A stretch of 64,000 nucleotides of DNA from contig CAWCDG010000003.1 of NCBI GenBank assembly GCA_963794325.1, positions 224,001-288,000 on the forward strand, in the 5' to 3' direction. The notes below the pieces were generated by a model that worked only from the letters and a program-made list of their open reading frames with translations, ran no database searches and had not been told where the DNA came from. Positions 30,126-41,335 of the stretch are shown here, piece by piece (position 1 is the first letter of the stretch; every line of letters starts with the position of its first letter). The stretch comes from an uncultured delta proteobacterium (lineage in GTDB: Bacteria > Desulfobacterota > Binatia > Binatales > Binataceae). The position numbers were made by a program, and so were the translations under genes.

Positions 30126-31459
30126 CGATGGCAACACGCTTCGCGATCGCAACGCTCGGATGCAAGGTGAATCAGTACGATTCCGCGATTATCGAGTCGC
30201 GTCTGCGCGGACGCGGGATGGAACGTCGCGAGTTCACCGAGCAGGCGGATGTTTATATCGTCAACACCTGCACGATTACCGATCGCGCTGACGCCGAGAG
30301 TCTGCGGATAGCGCGGCGCGCGCGTCGGCTGAATCCGAAGGCGCGAATCGTCATGACCGGATGCCTCGCACAAGCGAGTCCTGCCGTTTTGGCGAAAGCA
30401 TCGGAGGTCGATGCGGTGATCGGCCTCGGCAGGCTCGACGACCTCGAGCGCGCAGCGGCTTCAGGAGCGGGCGAGCGCGTGATGGTCACCAACCTGCGCA
30501 AAGAGAAGGCGCGGATTGAAATGGCCGCGGTCACTCTGGACGGTCATACACGCGCGTTCCTCAAGTTGCAGGAAGGGTGCGATCAGTTCTGCACCTTTTG
30601 TATCGTACCGTTTTCGCGGGGCACGTCGCGCAGCGTCGAGCCGCGCCGCGTGATGGCGGCGCTCGACGATCTTCACGCGCGCGGCTTCAAGGAAGTCGTT
30701 CTCAGCGGCGTCCATCTCGGCGGCTATGGCAAGGACCTCGAGCCGCCGGTCGAGCTCGAAGATTTGCTCGAGATGATCGCCGAGCGATGCCCGATTGAGC
30801 GCGTCCGGATAAGCTCGCTCGATCCCGAAGAGTTGAGCGATCGGATCGTCGAGACAATTTCGGGCAGCGCAAAATTCTGCCCGCACCTGCATCTGCCATT
30901 GCAGTCCGGTGACGACGAAACCTTGTCGCGGATGCGACGGCGTTATCAACGCGATTATTTTCGCGATCGCATCGAGCGCGTTCTGCGCGCATGGCCAGAC
31001 GCCGCGATTGGCACCGATCTGATCGTGGGGTTTCCGGGCGAGACGGAAGCGCATTTCGAGTCGTACTTTAACTTTGTCGAATCGATGCCGCTGGCATATT
31101 TTCACGTGTTTCCGTATTCAGTCCGGGCAGGGACCACGGCGGCAAAGTTTTCCGGGCGAGTGAAGCCTGCGGAGATCAAGCGGCGCGCGGCTATGATGCG
31201 CGAACTGGGCGATCGCAAGCGCGCGGAAATCGCTCGGCGGTTTGTCGGAACAACACTTAAAGTATTACTTGAAGAGCGTGGAGCGGATGGCAAGCTGCGA
31301 GGATACAGCCGCAACTACCTGCGCGTATCGACGCACGGCCCCGACGAACTGACAAATCGCGAAGTCGAGGTGGAGGCGTCAACCGTTGAAGGCACCCAAC
31401 TGGTTGGGGAGATTGTTCGGCCGTGGGCAGATCGAACTGCCTGCGGCGGAGCCTCCTGA
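30122..31459 (+). CDS. mtaB: tRNA methylthiotransferase MtaB
   Basis: TLGCKVNQYDS, CDQFCTFC radical-SAM motif, HVFPYS.R.GT. Confidence 0.92.
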   Translation: MTMATRFAIATLGCKVNQYDSAIIESRLRGRGMERREFTEQADVYIVNTCTITDRADAESLRIARRARRLNPKARIVMTGCLAQASPAVLAKASEVDAVIGLGRLDDLERAAASGAGERVMVTNLRKEKARIEMAAVTLDGHTRAFLKLQEGCDQFCTFCIVPFSRGTSRSVEPRRVMAALDDLHARGFKEVVLSGVHLGGYGKDLEPPVELEDLLEMIAERCPIERVRISSLDPEELSDRIVETISGSAKFCPHLHLPLQSGDDETLSRMRRRYQRDYFRDRIERVLRAWPDAAIGTDLIVGFPGETEAHFESYFNFVESMPLAYFHVFPYSVRAGTTAAKFSGRVKPAEIKRRAAMMRELGDRKRAEIARRFVGTTLKVLLEERGADGKLRGYSRNYLRVSTHGPDELTNREVEVEASTVEGTQLVGEIVRPWADRTACGGAS

Positions 31460-32147
31460 AAGTCACGGCACCAAACTCGAACGCCTGCTCGGCTATGCGT
31501 TCGTGCGGCCGGATTTGCTCGAGACCGCGTTGACGCATCCGAGCGCGGCGGTCGGCAGCGACGTTCATTACGAGCGGCTCGAATTTCTTGGCGACGCGGT
31601 GCTCGATCTCGCGATTGCGGATTTGCTGATGCGCAAGTTTCCAACAGCGAAAGAAGGCCCGCTGTCCAAGCAGCGCGCGTCAATCGTAAACGCGCGCACG
31701 TTGGCTCTGAAAGCGCAGGCAATTGAACTGAACGTTATGATGCGGTTAGGCAAAGGCGAAGAAAAAAGCGGCGGGCGCGAGAAGACCTCGATCCTGGCCG
31801 CGGTGTTCGAGGCGGTGATCGGCGCGATCTACACCGACGGCGGACTTGTGCCAGCGCAGCAAGTGGTCGAGCGCCTTTTTGAAAATGATATCGGCGGCCC
31901 GTCTGCGGAGCGCGATTACAAAACCGAATTGCAGGAAATCGCGTATCGGCATTTTCACACGCAGCCAGTGTACGAACTGGTCGCTGCGGAAGGACCCGAT
32001 CACGCCAAACGGTTCACGACCCGAATCCGAATCGCGGGACGCGACCTCGGCGTTGCCGAAGGCGGCAGCAAGAAGCAAAGCGAGCAGGCCGCCGCGCGGC
32101 TGGCGCTCGATCGAATTGAAGAGGAACGCGGTGAGCGCAATGGGTGA
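31386..32147 (+). CDS. rnc: Ribonuclease III
   Basis: ERLEFLGDAVL; dsRBD DYKT.LQE; start uncertain (overlaps mtaB). Confidence 0.95.
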   Translation: MKAPNWLGRLFGRGQIELPAAEPPESHGTKLERLLGYAFVRPDLLETALTHPSAAVGSDVHYERLEFLGDAVLDLAIADLLMRKFPTAKEGPLSKQRASIVNARTLALKAQAIELNVMMRLGKGEEKSGGREKTSILAAVFEAVIGAIYTDGGLVPAQQVVERLFENDIGGPSAERDYKTELQEIAYRHFHTQPVYELVAAEGPDHAKRFTTRIRIAGRDLGVAEGGSKKQSEQAAARLALDRIEEERGERNG

Positions 32148-33027
32148 GCATCGCGCAGGATTCGTGGCGGTCGCCGGACGCACTAACGTCGGCAAGTCGA
32201 CGCTGGTGAATCGGTTGGTAGGGCACAAGGTTGCGATCGTAACGCCGCGTCCGCAGACTACGCGCCGGCGAATTCTCGGAATCCGCAGCGACGCCGACGC
32301 GCAGCTCCTGCTGATCGATACGCCGGGACTGCATGAGGCGAAGAAGCAGCTCAATCAGCGAATGGTGCAGACAGCGCGCCGCGCAATCGCGGAGGGCGAA
32401 GTCATTCTGGTCATGGTCGAAGCCGGCGATCATCTGAATCCGGGAGATCGCGCAGTGCTGATTGATATTCGCGCGCTCGGCCGTCCGACCGTGATTGCGA
32501 TCAACAAGGTCGACCGCATTCCGCGCGCGCAACTGCTGCCACTGATCGAGGAAATCAACCGCGGATTCCCCGGCGCCGAGATTGTTCCGGTCAGCGCGCG
32601 CACCGGCGAAAACGTCGATGAGCTGCTGGCGACGTTGAAGCGGATGCTCCCCGAGAGCCCGGAGCTGATGTCGCCGGATGAGTACACCGATCAGACCGAG
32701 CGAATGATCGCGGAAGAGATTGTACGCGAGAAAATATTTCTGAAGATGCGCCAGGAGATTCCATTCTCAACCGCCGTCAAGGTCGAGAAATTCGAAGACG
32801 ACGAGGAACGCAAGCTGAAAAGGATCGGCGCGACGGTTGTAATCGATCGCGAATCGCACAAAGGAATGCTGATTGGCGCCGGCGGCGGCACGCTCAAGGA
32901 GATCGGCACGGCGGCTCGAATCGAGCTCGAGGAAATCCTCGGCGCGCGCGTGTTTCTCGAAATCGTCGTCAAAGTTGAACGCGACTGGACGCGCGATCCT
33001 CGCAAGCTCGCGGAGTTCGGACTGTGA
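32140..33027 (+). CDS. era: GTPase Era
   Basis: GRTNVGKST, PQTTR, DTPG, NKVD, KH domain. Confidence 0.96.
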   Translation: MGEHRAGFVAVAGRTNVGKSTLVNRLVGHKVAIVTPRPQTTRRRILGIRSDADAQLLLIDTPGLHEAKKQLNQRMVQTARRAIAEGEVILVMVEAGDHLNPGDRAVLIDIRALGRPTVIAINKVDRIPRAQLLPLIEEINRGFPGAEIVPVSARTGENVDELLATLKRMLPESPELMSPDEYTDQTERMIAEEIVREKIFLKMRQEIPFSTAVKVEKFEDDEERKLKRIGATVVIDRESHKGMLIGAGGGTLKEIGTAARIELEEILGARVFLEIVVKVERDWTRDPRKLAEFGL

Positions 33028-34475
33028 CGAAGCCGCGAAGAACACTGGGAGCCGAGGCGCGTCGGATTGCCGCCGAAGGTCTGTCGGCCGTCGTACTGGT
33101 TGGGCGCGCGAACGCCGGCAAGTCCACCCTGTTCAATCGAATCGCCAAGGGCGGGCGTGCGATCACCAGCGCGATTCCCGGCACCACGCGCGATCTAAAT
33201 TTCGCGCGCGCGAAATACGGAGACCGCGAATTCGTGGTGGTCGATAGCGGTGGGCTTGAGCTTGGTGGGCATGAGCGGATGACGGATCGTATCGTCACCG
33301 AGGCGCTCGCGGCCGTCGGCGTCGCGGACGTTGTCGTGTTTATCCTCGACGGCAAGGCTGGCCTGAGCGACGCCGATTCGGAAGCGCTCGCGCTCGTGCG
33401 CGAAACCGGATGCCCGCTGCTGCTGGCCGTCAACAAGATCGACCGGCCAGGGCAGGAGGCCGAGGCCTCCGAGTTCTATGCGCTCGGCGGCGACGAATTG
33501 TTCTTCATCTCAGCGGCGCATGGACGCGGTGTCGAGGAGCTGCTCGATCAAGTCGTTGCGCGGCTGCCCGAAAGCGAAAGCGCTACCGCCGCGGCTCCCG
33601 ATTTGAGACTCGCGCTGGTCGGCCGTCCCAACGTCGGGAAGTCGTCGATCCTCAATCGCCTGTCGGGCTTCGACCGCGCGATTGTCGACGACACTCCCGG
33701 CACGACGCGCGATCCGGTGGACGTGCGGCTGACTTCGCATGGCCGCGACGTGCTGTTGATCGACACCGCCGGAATCCGGCGGCCGCCGAAGGTCGAAGGC
33801 GAGCTCGAGCATCATTCCGTCGGCCGCGCGATCGAGACGATTCGGCGCGCGAACGTCGTGCTGCTGGTGATCGACGCGAGCGAGGGAATCACCGACCAGG
33901 ACGCGCGGCTGGCGCGGCTGGTGGATACCAGCGATCGCGCGATGGTGATCGTGTGCAACAAGTGGGACGTCGCGGCCAAGCAGGGCCGCAAGGTCGCGAC
34001 GTTCATCCGCGACGCACACGAGCGTTACCCGTTCCTCGAGTACGCGTCGATGGTGTTCACCTCGGCGGTGACTGGTGACGGCATCGATGGCATCATTCCG
34101 GCCGCGACGCAGGCGGGAGATTCCTGGCGTGCAGTGTTCCAGACCTCGCGGCTGAATCGAACGCTTGCGGAGGCGACTGCCGCGATGGATCCGCCGCAAG
34201 TCGACCGCCGCCGCCTCAACCTGATGTATGTGACGCAGGTCGGCAACGCGCCGCCGCGCTTGCGATTTTTCACCAACGTCGAACACGGCATCCCGGCGCA
34301 TTACATCCGCTTCATCGAAACCCGATTTCGAAAAGCTCTGGGGCTGGTCGGCACGCCGCTGCGACTGGATTTCCGACGCACCGGCCGCTCATGGGTACAA
34401 GGCGCTCCGCCGCGGCCAACGCGCGGGAAGCCTCGCAACCGCCCCGCAGCGCGAAGCAAGCCGGCGCGCGCGTAG
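33024..34475 (+). CDS. der: Ribosome biogenesis GTPase Der
   Basis: Two GTPase domains, each with PGTTRD. Confidence 0.95.
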   Translation: MTKPRRTLGAEARRIAAEGLSAVVLVGRANAGKSTLFNRIAKGGRAITSAIPGTTRDLNFARAKYGDREFVVVDSGGLELGGHERMTDRIVTEALAAVGVADVVVFILDGKAGLSDADSEALALVRETGCPLLLAVNKIDRPGQEAEASEFYALGGDELFFISAAHGRGVEELLDQVVARLPESESATAAAPDLRLALVGRPNVGKSSILNRLSGFDRAIVDDTPGTTRDPVDVRLTSHGRDVLLIDTAGIRRPPKVEGELEHHSVGRAIETIRRANVVLLVIDASEGITDQDARLARLVDTSDRAMVIVCNKWDVAAKQGRKVATFIRDAHERYPFLEYASMVFTSAVTGDGIDGIIPAATQAGDSWRAVFQTSRLNRTLAEATAAMDPPQVDRRRLNLMYVTQVGNAPPRLRFFTNVEHGIPAHYIRFIETRFRKALGLVGTPLRLDFRRTGRSWVQGAPPRPTRGKPRNRPAARSKPARA

Positions 34476-34548
34476 TGCGTGCACTGTGGAACGTTGAGCG
34501 GGGCGGCGTTTCTTACGCCGCGACGCGTCCGGTATATTTCAATATACA

Positions 34549-36078
34549 GTGATTCTGATTTTAGATTTCGGCAGCCAGTACACGCAGCTGATCGCACGGC
34601 GCGTGCGCGAGGCGAACGTGTATTGCGAAATCCATCCGTTCAATTTCGCGCCCGAGAAAATTCGCGCGCTGAATCCGCGCGGGATAATTCTCTCGGGCGG
34701 ACCGGCGAGCCTCTACGATGAGAATGCGCCCGATATCTCCGACGAGGTGCTGAACCTCGGCTGTCCCGTGCTCGGAATCTGCTACGGGCTGTACGTGATA
34801 GCTCTGCACATGGGCGCAAAGAGCGTCGGCTCGCGCAATCGCGAGTACGGTCCGGCGACTCTGGTGATCGACGGCGATGACCTGCTGTTCGAGGGCCTCG
34901 ACGGGCGCGAGCATCGCGTGTGGATGAGTCACGGCGATCGCGTCGAGGCGCTTCCCGCCGCGCTGTGCGCAATCGCGCATAGCGACAACTCGCCGTACGC
35001 GGCGTTCAAGTCGCGCGACGGTCGCGTCCGCGGCATCCAGTTTCATCCCGAGGTCGTGCACACGCCGTGCGGCACTCAGGTGCTGCGCAACTTCGTGCTG
35101 AAAATCTGCGGCGAGCGCGGCGACTGGACGATGGCGAATTTCGTCGAGACCAAGCTCGCGGAGATTCGCAAGCAGGTCGGGCCGTCCGACAAGGTGCTGA
35201 TGGGTCTGTCGGGCGGCGTCGATTCCTCCGTGGCCGCCGCGCTCATCCATCGCGCAATCGGCTCGCGTCTGCATTGCGTGTTCGTTGACACTGGACTGCT
35301 CCGCGCCGGCGAGCGCGAGCGCATGGAGAACACATTCGCAGGCCAGCTTGGCATCGACCTGAAAGTGACAGATGCGTCCGAGCTCTTCCTCTCGCGCCTC
35401 GTGGGCGTGATTGACCCCGAGCAAAAGCGGCGCATCATCGGCCATACCTTTATCGACGTGTTCGAATCCGAGGAAGTAGTGAAGGGCGCGAAATTTCTCG
35501 GGCAGGGAACGCTCTACCCCGACGTCATCGAATCGGTCTCGTTCAAGGGTCCATCCGCGGTGATCAAGAGCCATCACAATGTCGGCGGATTGCCGGAGAG
35601 GATGCGGCTCGAACTGGTCGAACCGTTACGCGAGTTGTTCAAGGACGAAGTGCGCGACGCAGGACGCCAGCTCGGACTTGCGGCGGAGGTCGTCGATCGC
35701 GAGCCGTTCCCGGGGCCGGGCCTGGCAGTGCGAATCGTCGGTGAGGTCACGCGCGAGCGGCTCGATTTGCTTCGTCGCGCCGACGCGATCGTCATGCAGG
35801 AAACTGCCGCCGCCGGATTCGGTCTCAAACTGTGGCAGGCGTTCGCGGTCCTGCTGCCGCTCAAGACGGTCGGCGTGATGGGCGACGGGCGCAGCTACGA
35901 AAGCGTGATTGCGATTCGCGCCGTCGAGTCGATGGACGGGATGACGGCGGATTGGGCGCGGCTCGAGCCTGCCTTTCTGGCCCGCGTATCGAGCCGAATC
36001 ACCAACGAGGTCAAGGGCGTCAACCGAGTCGTCTACGACATCACGTCGAAGCCGCCGGCGACGATCGAGTGGGAGTGA
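34549..36078 (+). CDS. guaA: GMP synthase (glutamine-hydrolysing)
   Basis: ILDFGSQY, GICYG, QFHPEV, SGGVDS, KPPATIEWE. Confidence 0.98.
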   Translation: MILILDFGSQYTQLIARRVREANVYCEIHPFNFAPEKIRALNPRGIILSGGPASLYDENAPDISDEVLNLGCPVLGICYGLYVIALHMGAKSVGSRNREYGPATLVIDGDDLLFEGLDGREHRVWMSHGDRVEALPAALCAIAHSDNSPYAAFKSRDGRVRGIQFHPEVVHTPCGTQVLRNFVLKICGERGDWTMANFVETKLAEIRKQVGPSDKVLMGLSGGVDSSVAAALIHRAIGSRLHCVFVDTGLLRAGERERMENTFAGQLGIDLKVTDASELFLSRLVGVIDPEQKRRIIGHTFIDVFESEEVVKGAKFLGQGTLYPDVIESVSFKGPSAVIKSHHNVGGLPERMRLELVEPLRELFKDEVRDAGRQLGLAAEVVDREPFPGPGLAVRIVGEVTRERLDLLRRADAIVMQETAAAGFGLKLWQAFAVLLPLKTVGVMGDGRSYESVIAIRAVESMDGMTADWARLEPAFLARVSSRITNEVKGVNRVVYDITSKPPATIEWE

Positions 36079-36079
36079 C

Positions 36080-37534
36080 GTGACGGTTCGCACACGTTTC
36101 GCGCCGAGCCCGACCGGCTCGCTGCACATCGGCAACGTCCGTTCGGGGCTGTTCGCGTACCTGTATGCGCGGCACAATCACGGCACATTTATTCTGCGCA
36201 TCGACGACACCGATCTCGAGCGCTCGACCAAGGAATCGCTCGAGGAGCAACTCGCGGACTTGAAATGGCTCGGAATGGAATGGGACGAAGGACCGCCTGA
36301 CGAGTCATACTTTCAGACCAATCGAGTCGAGCGGCATCGCGAGGCGGCGCTCCAACTATTGCGCGAGCACAAAGCATATCCGTGCTACTGCTCGGCGGAG
36401 GAACTCGACGCCAAGCGCAAGCAGGCCGAACGCGAGCATCGAAAGCCGGTGTACGATCGCAAATGTCGCAACCTCGAATTTCCTTCGGACCTGGCGCTGC
36501 CTGATAAATCCGCCGGTCGCAACTACACGATCCGATTTTCCATGCCGCTCGACGGCGAGACGGTGGTCGACGATCTCGTCAAGGGCCGGATGGTCTTTCA
36601 GAACAGCGAGCTCGACGACTTCATCATCGTGCGTTCTGACGGCTCGCCGATTTACAACTTCGCGAGCATCCTCGACGACGTCGACATGCAGGTGACGCAT
36701 ATCGTTCGCGGCGACGACCACGTCTCGAATACTCCGCGCCAGATGCAGATGGCGTATGCGCTCGGGTTCACGCCACCGGCGTTCGCGCATCTCCCGCAGG
36801 TGCTTGGCCCCGACGGATCGAAGCTGTCCAAGCGTCATGGCGCGACCTCGGTGGTTGCGTATCGCGAGGCCGGCTATTTCGCGGAGGCGCTGCTGAATTA
36901 CCTCGCGCGGCTGGGATGGTCGCATGGCGATCAGGAAATTTTCTCGAAGGACGAGTTGATACAGTATTTCGGTTTCGAGGCGTGCGGCACATCTCCGGGA
37001 GTCTTCAACGCCGAGAAATTGCTCTGGCTCAATTTTCACTATCTGAAAGTTCGGCCCCTTCCGCAGCTGGCCGCAGAGGTCAAACCGTTCATCGCCACGC
37101 GCGGATGGACGATTCCGGGCGACGACGGATGGCTCGAACGGGCCCTCGCGACGCTGCAGGAGCGGGCCAAAACTCTCGTCGAACTGGTGGATTTCGCATC
37201 GTTCTACCTCAACGACAACATCGAGATCGATCCGAAAGCGGCGGCAAAATTTCTGAAGCCGGAAATCGCGGATGCGTTACGCGCGCTGGCGGCTGAGCTC
37301 GCGGCAAGCGAGGGCGAGTTCACCGAGGCGTCGGTGAAGGCCGTGTTCGAGTCGGTTCTGCCGAGATTCAATCTCAAGCTCGGACAACTGGCGCAGCCGG
37401 TTCGCGTCGCGCTGACCGGAGGCACCGTCAGCCCCGGGATTTACGAAGTCATCGCCGTGCTTGGCAAACGACGCACCGTCGATCGCCTCAACTCCGCCGT
37501 CCGCCGAATCGAGGATCAACCCGCGGTCACTTAG
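36080..37534 (+). CDS. gltX: Glutamate--tRNA ligase
   Basis: RFAPSPTG.LHIG, KLSKRHG. Confidence 0.96.
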   Translation: MTVRTRFAPSPTGSLHIGNVRSGLFAYLYARHNHGTFILRIDDTDLERSTKESLEEQLADLKWLGMEWDEGPPDESYFQTNRVERHREAALQLLREHKAYPCYCSAEELDAKRKQAEREHRKPVYDRKCRNLEFPSDLALPDKSAGRNYTIRFSMPLDGETVVDDLVKGRMVFQNSELDDFIIVRSDGSPIYNFASILDDVDMQVTHIVRGDDHVSNTPRQMQMAYALGFTPPAFAHLPQVLGPDGSKLSKRHGATSVVAYREAGYFAEALLNYLARLGWSHGDQEIFSKDELIQYFGFEACGTSPGVFNAEKLLWLNFHYLKVRPLPQLAAEVKPFIATRGWTIPGDDGWLERALATLQERAKTLVELVDFASFYLNDNIEIDPKAAAKFLKPEIADALRALAAELAASEGEFTEASVKAVFESVLPRFNLKLGQLAQPVRVALTGGTVSPGIYEVIAVLGKRRTVDRLNSAVRRIEDQPAVT

Positions 37535-38045
37535 CTGTCGGCGGCAGCACCAGGATTTGACCGTTCATCTCCGGCTGATGCACCGCGCAGTAGAAGGGGA
37601 AGATGCCGTCCCTGTGAAATGTGAAAACGTACGAGGTCTTGGTGAGCGGCATCAGCTTCAGATGCATCAGCACGGTTGAGTCGGGCGCGGCCAGCATGAA
37701 GTCGTGCTCGTCGTCGGGCTGCAGATTCCAGAACGTGAGCATCGTCGGCACTTCGCGACGCACCGCAATGAAGGTCGGCGAGAACGCATACACCTCGCCG
37801 AATTTCGCCACCGTCTCCTTCGGCCCCGTCTCTTTGATTGCGACCGCCTCGGTCAGAACGATCACCTCCGCTTCCGGTGTGCCCGTTTTCGAGACGGAAA
37901 GGATCTTCGACGCCTCCGCGTTCGGCAGGTAAAAGTTCTTGTCCATCGGCGGCGCTGCCGCGGCGCCCGCAACGACACTCAACGTCACGAATGCCGTCAT
38001 CAGCACTCGCCTTCGAATCGCGTAAACCACTTCCCAGCTACTCAT
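37527..38045 (-). CDS. Exported cupredoxin-domain protein
   Basis: Signal peptide; H...C-x2-H-x3-M type-1 copper ligands (FYCAVHQPEMNG); start uncertain. Confidence 0.75.
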   Translation of the reverse strand: MSSWEVVYAIRRRVLMTAFVTLSVVAGAAAAPPMDKNFYLPNAEASKILSVSKTGTPEAEVIVLTEAVAIKETGPKETVAKFGEVYAFSPTFIAVRREVPTMLTFWNLQPDDEHDFMLAAPDSTVLMHLKLMPLTKTSYVFTFHRDGIFPFYCAVHQPEMNGQILVLPPTAK

Positions 38046-38065
38046 CCAAATAGTACCTTTGTTGC

Positions 38066-38668
38066 ATGAGTGTACTCGTACCATATGTAGTCGAGCAGAC
38101 CGGCCGCGGCGAACGTTCCTACGATATCTATTCGCGACTGCTCAAGGACCGAATCGTGTTCCTGGGCGGCACGGTGACCGACGACCTTGCCAACCTTGTC
38201 ACCGCGCAACTGCTGTTCCTCGAGTCCGAGGATCCGGAGCGCGAAATTAATATGTACATCAACTCGCCAGGCGGGTCAGTCACCGCCGGGCTCGCCATTT
38301 ACGACACGATGCAATTCGTAAAGCCTCCCGTGTCGACGCTGTGCGTAGGGCAGGCCGCCAGCATGGGATCGCTGCTGTTGGCCGCTGGAGCCAAGGGCAA
38401 GAGATACGCGCTGCCGCACTCGCGAATTCTGATTCACCAGGTTTCAGGCGGATTCGAGGGACAGGCGAGCGACATAGAGATTCATGCGCGCGAGGCGCTG
38501 CGTCTTCGAGAAATCCTGAACGAGATTCTCGCTCATCACACCGGCCAGAACGTCAAGAAGATCGAGAAGGACACTGACCGCGACAACTTCATGTCCGCGG
38601 CGCAGGCAGTCGAGTACGGACTGATCGACGAAGTGATCGCGGGGCGGCCCATCAAGGCGTCGCTTTAG
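38066..38668 (+). CDS. clpP: ATP-dependent Clp protease proteolytic subunit
   Basis: [30 protein letters not shown]. Confidence 0.97.
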   Translation: MSVLVPYVVEQTGRGERSYDIYSRLLKDRIVFLGGTVTDDLANLVTAQLLFLESEDPEREINMYINSPGGSVTAGLAIYDTMQFVKPPVSTLCVGQAASMGSLLLAAGAKGKRYALPHSRILIHQVSGGFEGQASDIEIHAREALRLREILNEILAHHTGQNVKKIEKDTDRDNFMSAAQAVEYGLIDEVIAGRPIKASL

Positions 38669-38726
38669 GGCCCACGCGGGCCGCGCTCGCCTACGGACGC
38701 GGAACCTTGAAATCTGCCGTCGTTCG

Positions 38727-40445
38727 CTACAGCAGCGGACCGTCGCTACCGAGCATCGCGCGCCTGATCAACTTGATCGGAACCGCGCCCTGCTTGAGAA
38801 AAGCGTCGTGAAATTTGCCTAGGTCGAATGCCGCGCCTTGCTGCTTGCGAACGTCCTCGCGCAATTTCAAAATCATCAGCTTGCCCAGTTGATAGCGCAG
38901 GTATCCGGGATCGCCGGTGCCGCGCAGCGCCTCGACCATGGCGTTGTGCGGCGTCTGGTAAGCGCTGTCCTCGAAAAACTTCGCAGCCTGATCGACCGTC
39001 ATCCCTTGCGTGTGCATCCTGATTCCGACCAGATACCGGCACGCGCGCATCAGCGCCATCTGTAATTGCGCCAGCCGATACTTCGGATCGCCGTCACGTA
39101 GGCCTTCGTCCAGCATCATCTGCTCACAATAAAATGCCCAACCCTCGATGTCCGCGCCCGATCCATAGATCAGCCGCACGACGTCCGGGTTGTGCCGGTT
39201 GTTTAGGAACTGCACGTAATGTCCCGGAAAGACTTCGTGCACCGACGTATCTGAAATGCTTGGCGCAGAATAGAAAGCGAGCAACTGCTCCTTCTTCGCG
39301 GCGTCCCACGACGGATCGGGAAGCGTGACGTAAAAAAACGCCTCTGGCGTTTTCTCAAACGGCCCCGGCGAGTCCATCGACGCGAAGGTCGTCGCGCGCA
39401 TGTACGGCGGCGTCTCGCGCACCATCGGCAGCACATCCGACGGAATAGTCGCGATATGATGCGCGATGACGTAAGCGCGAATGCTCGCGAGTCCCGCCGC
39501 GACGGTCGGTAGGACGTGCGCCGCATCGGGATGCTCGCGCGTGAGCGAATCCATCACCTCCGCCGGCGAGCGTTTCGGATCGATCAGCGCGGCCGTTTTC
39601 TGGAACTCATCGCGCAGCCGCGCCAGCTCCTTGACGCCCACCTGCTCCAGCTGATCAAGCGGCATATCGACCATGTCGCTGTCGTTGAGCATCCTGCGAT
39701 ACGCGTTGGCGCCGATCGCGTAATCGCCCGACGCCCTGGCCGCCAGATCATTTTTCAGCCACTGCTCGTAGTTCTGGATCGCTGCGACCAGATTTGCATT
39801 CGCCTTCGCGAACGCTTGCTTGTCGGGACCGTCGGCGACCTTCGCGAATGCAAGCGGAACGTCATTGTTAAAGAATCCAATCGTCGCCGGCATTTGCTGA
39901 AGCGCGATATCGACGAATACCTTCGGCGTAAGTGCAGGCTGCAAGTTGACTCGCGCAGCCTCAAGGCTCTTGAGCGCCGCAACTTCCCGCGCAGTCACCG
40001 ATCGCATCCTCGACTCGGCCGGCGCGAACTCGCGCTTGATCAGCGCATTCACCCCCGAAGTCGGCAGATACATCTCGGGTTCGCGCTGATAGCTGCGGAG
40101 TTGCTCGGTCCAAAGCAGCTCGCCGTCCGCATGCGCCAGCAGCCATTCGCGATCAGCTTCGTTCGCCGCCGAAAGATATTTCGGGTCGTCCGCGCCGAAC
40201 AAACCGATCCACTTCTTCGCGTGACGGATCACCTCGTCGATGCCGTGCGCACTCACGTCATCGACTCGATCATCAAAGCGATGGTCCCCCAGCGATGTCG
40301 CGCGCTCAGGATAAAGCTGCAACTCAGCCTGTACGAACTGCGATACCTGCGCCCTGAATGCGCGATTAGGCGCTGACCCGGTTTCAGCAGTCGCCGTCGC
40401 GGCGATCGCGACGACGAGAGCGATCGTCGCGATGAAACGCGTCAT
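38727..40445 (-). CDS. DUF885-family exported protein
   Basis: Signal peptide; HEVFPGH, EGWA.Y.E, Y.LGK. Confidence 0.88.
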   Translation of the reverse strand: MTRFIATIALVVAIAATATAETGSAPNRAFRAQVSQFVQAELQLYPERATSLGDHRFDDRVDDVSAHGIDEVIRHAKKWIGLFGADDPKYLSAANEADREWLLAHADGELLWTEQLRSYQREPEMYLPTSGVNALIKREFAPAESRMRSVTAREVAALKSLEAARVNLQPALTPKVFVDIALQQMPATIGFFNNDVPLAFAKVADGPDKQAFAKANANLVAAIQNYEQWLKNDLAARASGDYAIGANAYRRMLNDSDMVDMPLDQLEQVGVKELARLRDEFQKTAALIDPKRSPAEVMDSLTREHPDAAHVLPTVAAGLASIRAYVIAHHIATIPSDVLPMVRETPPYMRATTFASMDSPGPFEKTPEAFFYVTLPDPSWDAAKKEQLLAFYSAPSISDTSVHEVFPGHYVQFLNNRHNPDVVRLIYGSGADIEGWAFYCEQMMLDEGLRDGDPKYRLAQLQMALMRACRYLVGIRMHTQGMTVDQAAKFFEDSAYQTPHNAMVEALRGTGDPGYLRYQLGKLMILKLREDVRKQQGAAFDLGKFHDAFLKQGAVPIKLIRRAMLGSDGPLL

Positions 40446-40471
40446 GAAGTGCGCAGCGGTTTTCACTCGGG

Positions 40472-41212
40472 CTACTTCAATGTGGCGGCAAACAACTCCG
40501 TCAGCTTTCCGAACGCGCGATCTGCCTGCGGCTGGTTGTAAACCGGGGCGTCGGCTGTCGTCCAACCGTGGAACGCTCCCTCGTAAACTTCGCTTTCATA
40601 TTTACCGCCCCACGCCGCGAGCGCGCGATCGAACTTGTCGATCGCCTCTTGCGGCATGCTCCGATCTTTGGTCGCGTGTCCGAGATACAGGCGCGCCTTG
40701 ATCCGCGGCAGCACCAGATGCGGGCTGGTCGGCTCATCAGTGTAGAGACCGCCGCCATGGAACGACGCCATCGCCGCAACCTTGTCCGGCATCGCGGCCG
40801 CCGTACGCATCGCAAAGGCGCCGGTGAAGCAGTAGCCGACGACGCCGATCGACGCCCCACTCGAGGCACTATTACTCGCGAGAAAATTCACGTAGGCCTT
40901 CGCATCGCTCTCGACCGCGTCCGGAGTCAGCGGCGCCCGCAGCTCGCCAAACCGCTTCATCGTGCGAGCGTCCCCCAAGCCAATCGTGACGTCGATGGCC
41001 GGCGGCTTGGTCGTGCGATAGAACACGTTCGGCATCAACACCGTGTAGCCCTTCTCCGCCAGCCGTTTCGCCATATCTCGATGAGACGGCCGGATCCCGC
41101 CGATGTCGGTCAAATGGATGACGCCCGGAAGCCGGCGATCTGCTTCTGCCCGATAAATAAAACCGTCGGCCGTCCCGTCCGTCGTGCGAATCTCAATTGC
41201 CTCTTCGATCAT
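40472..41212 (-). CDS. Dienelactone hydrolase-family protein
   Basis: VGYCF.G, SFHGG, Y.GA.HG. Confidence 0.9.
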   Translation of the reverse strand: MIEEAIEIRTTDGTADGFIYRAEADRRLPGVIHLTDIGGIRPSHRDMAKRLAEKGYTVLMPNVFYRTTKPPAIDVTIGLGDARTMKRFGELRAPLTPDAVESDAKAYVNFLASNSASSGASIGVVGYCFTGAFAMRTAAAMPDKVAAMASFHGGGLYTDEPTSPHLVLPRIKARLYLGHATKDRSMPQEAIDKFDRALAAWGGKYESEVYEGAFHGWTTADAPVYNQPQADRAFGKLTELFAATLK

Positions 41213-41335
41213 TGTTCTTTCCTCTCAAGTTGAAATTGTCGCCGCGAGCCGTTTATCGATATACCACACACAACAAATTTCGGTCGCTATTGACAGCATA
41301 CGCGCCATCCGCGATCGGTTGCGTAGGTGTCCCTG

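Noticed and set aside
31386-31459. 74-bp mtaB/rnc overlap as a regulatory feature
   Set aside because: Depends on an uncertain TTG start and a non-conserved tail; cannot be supported.
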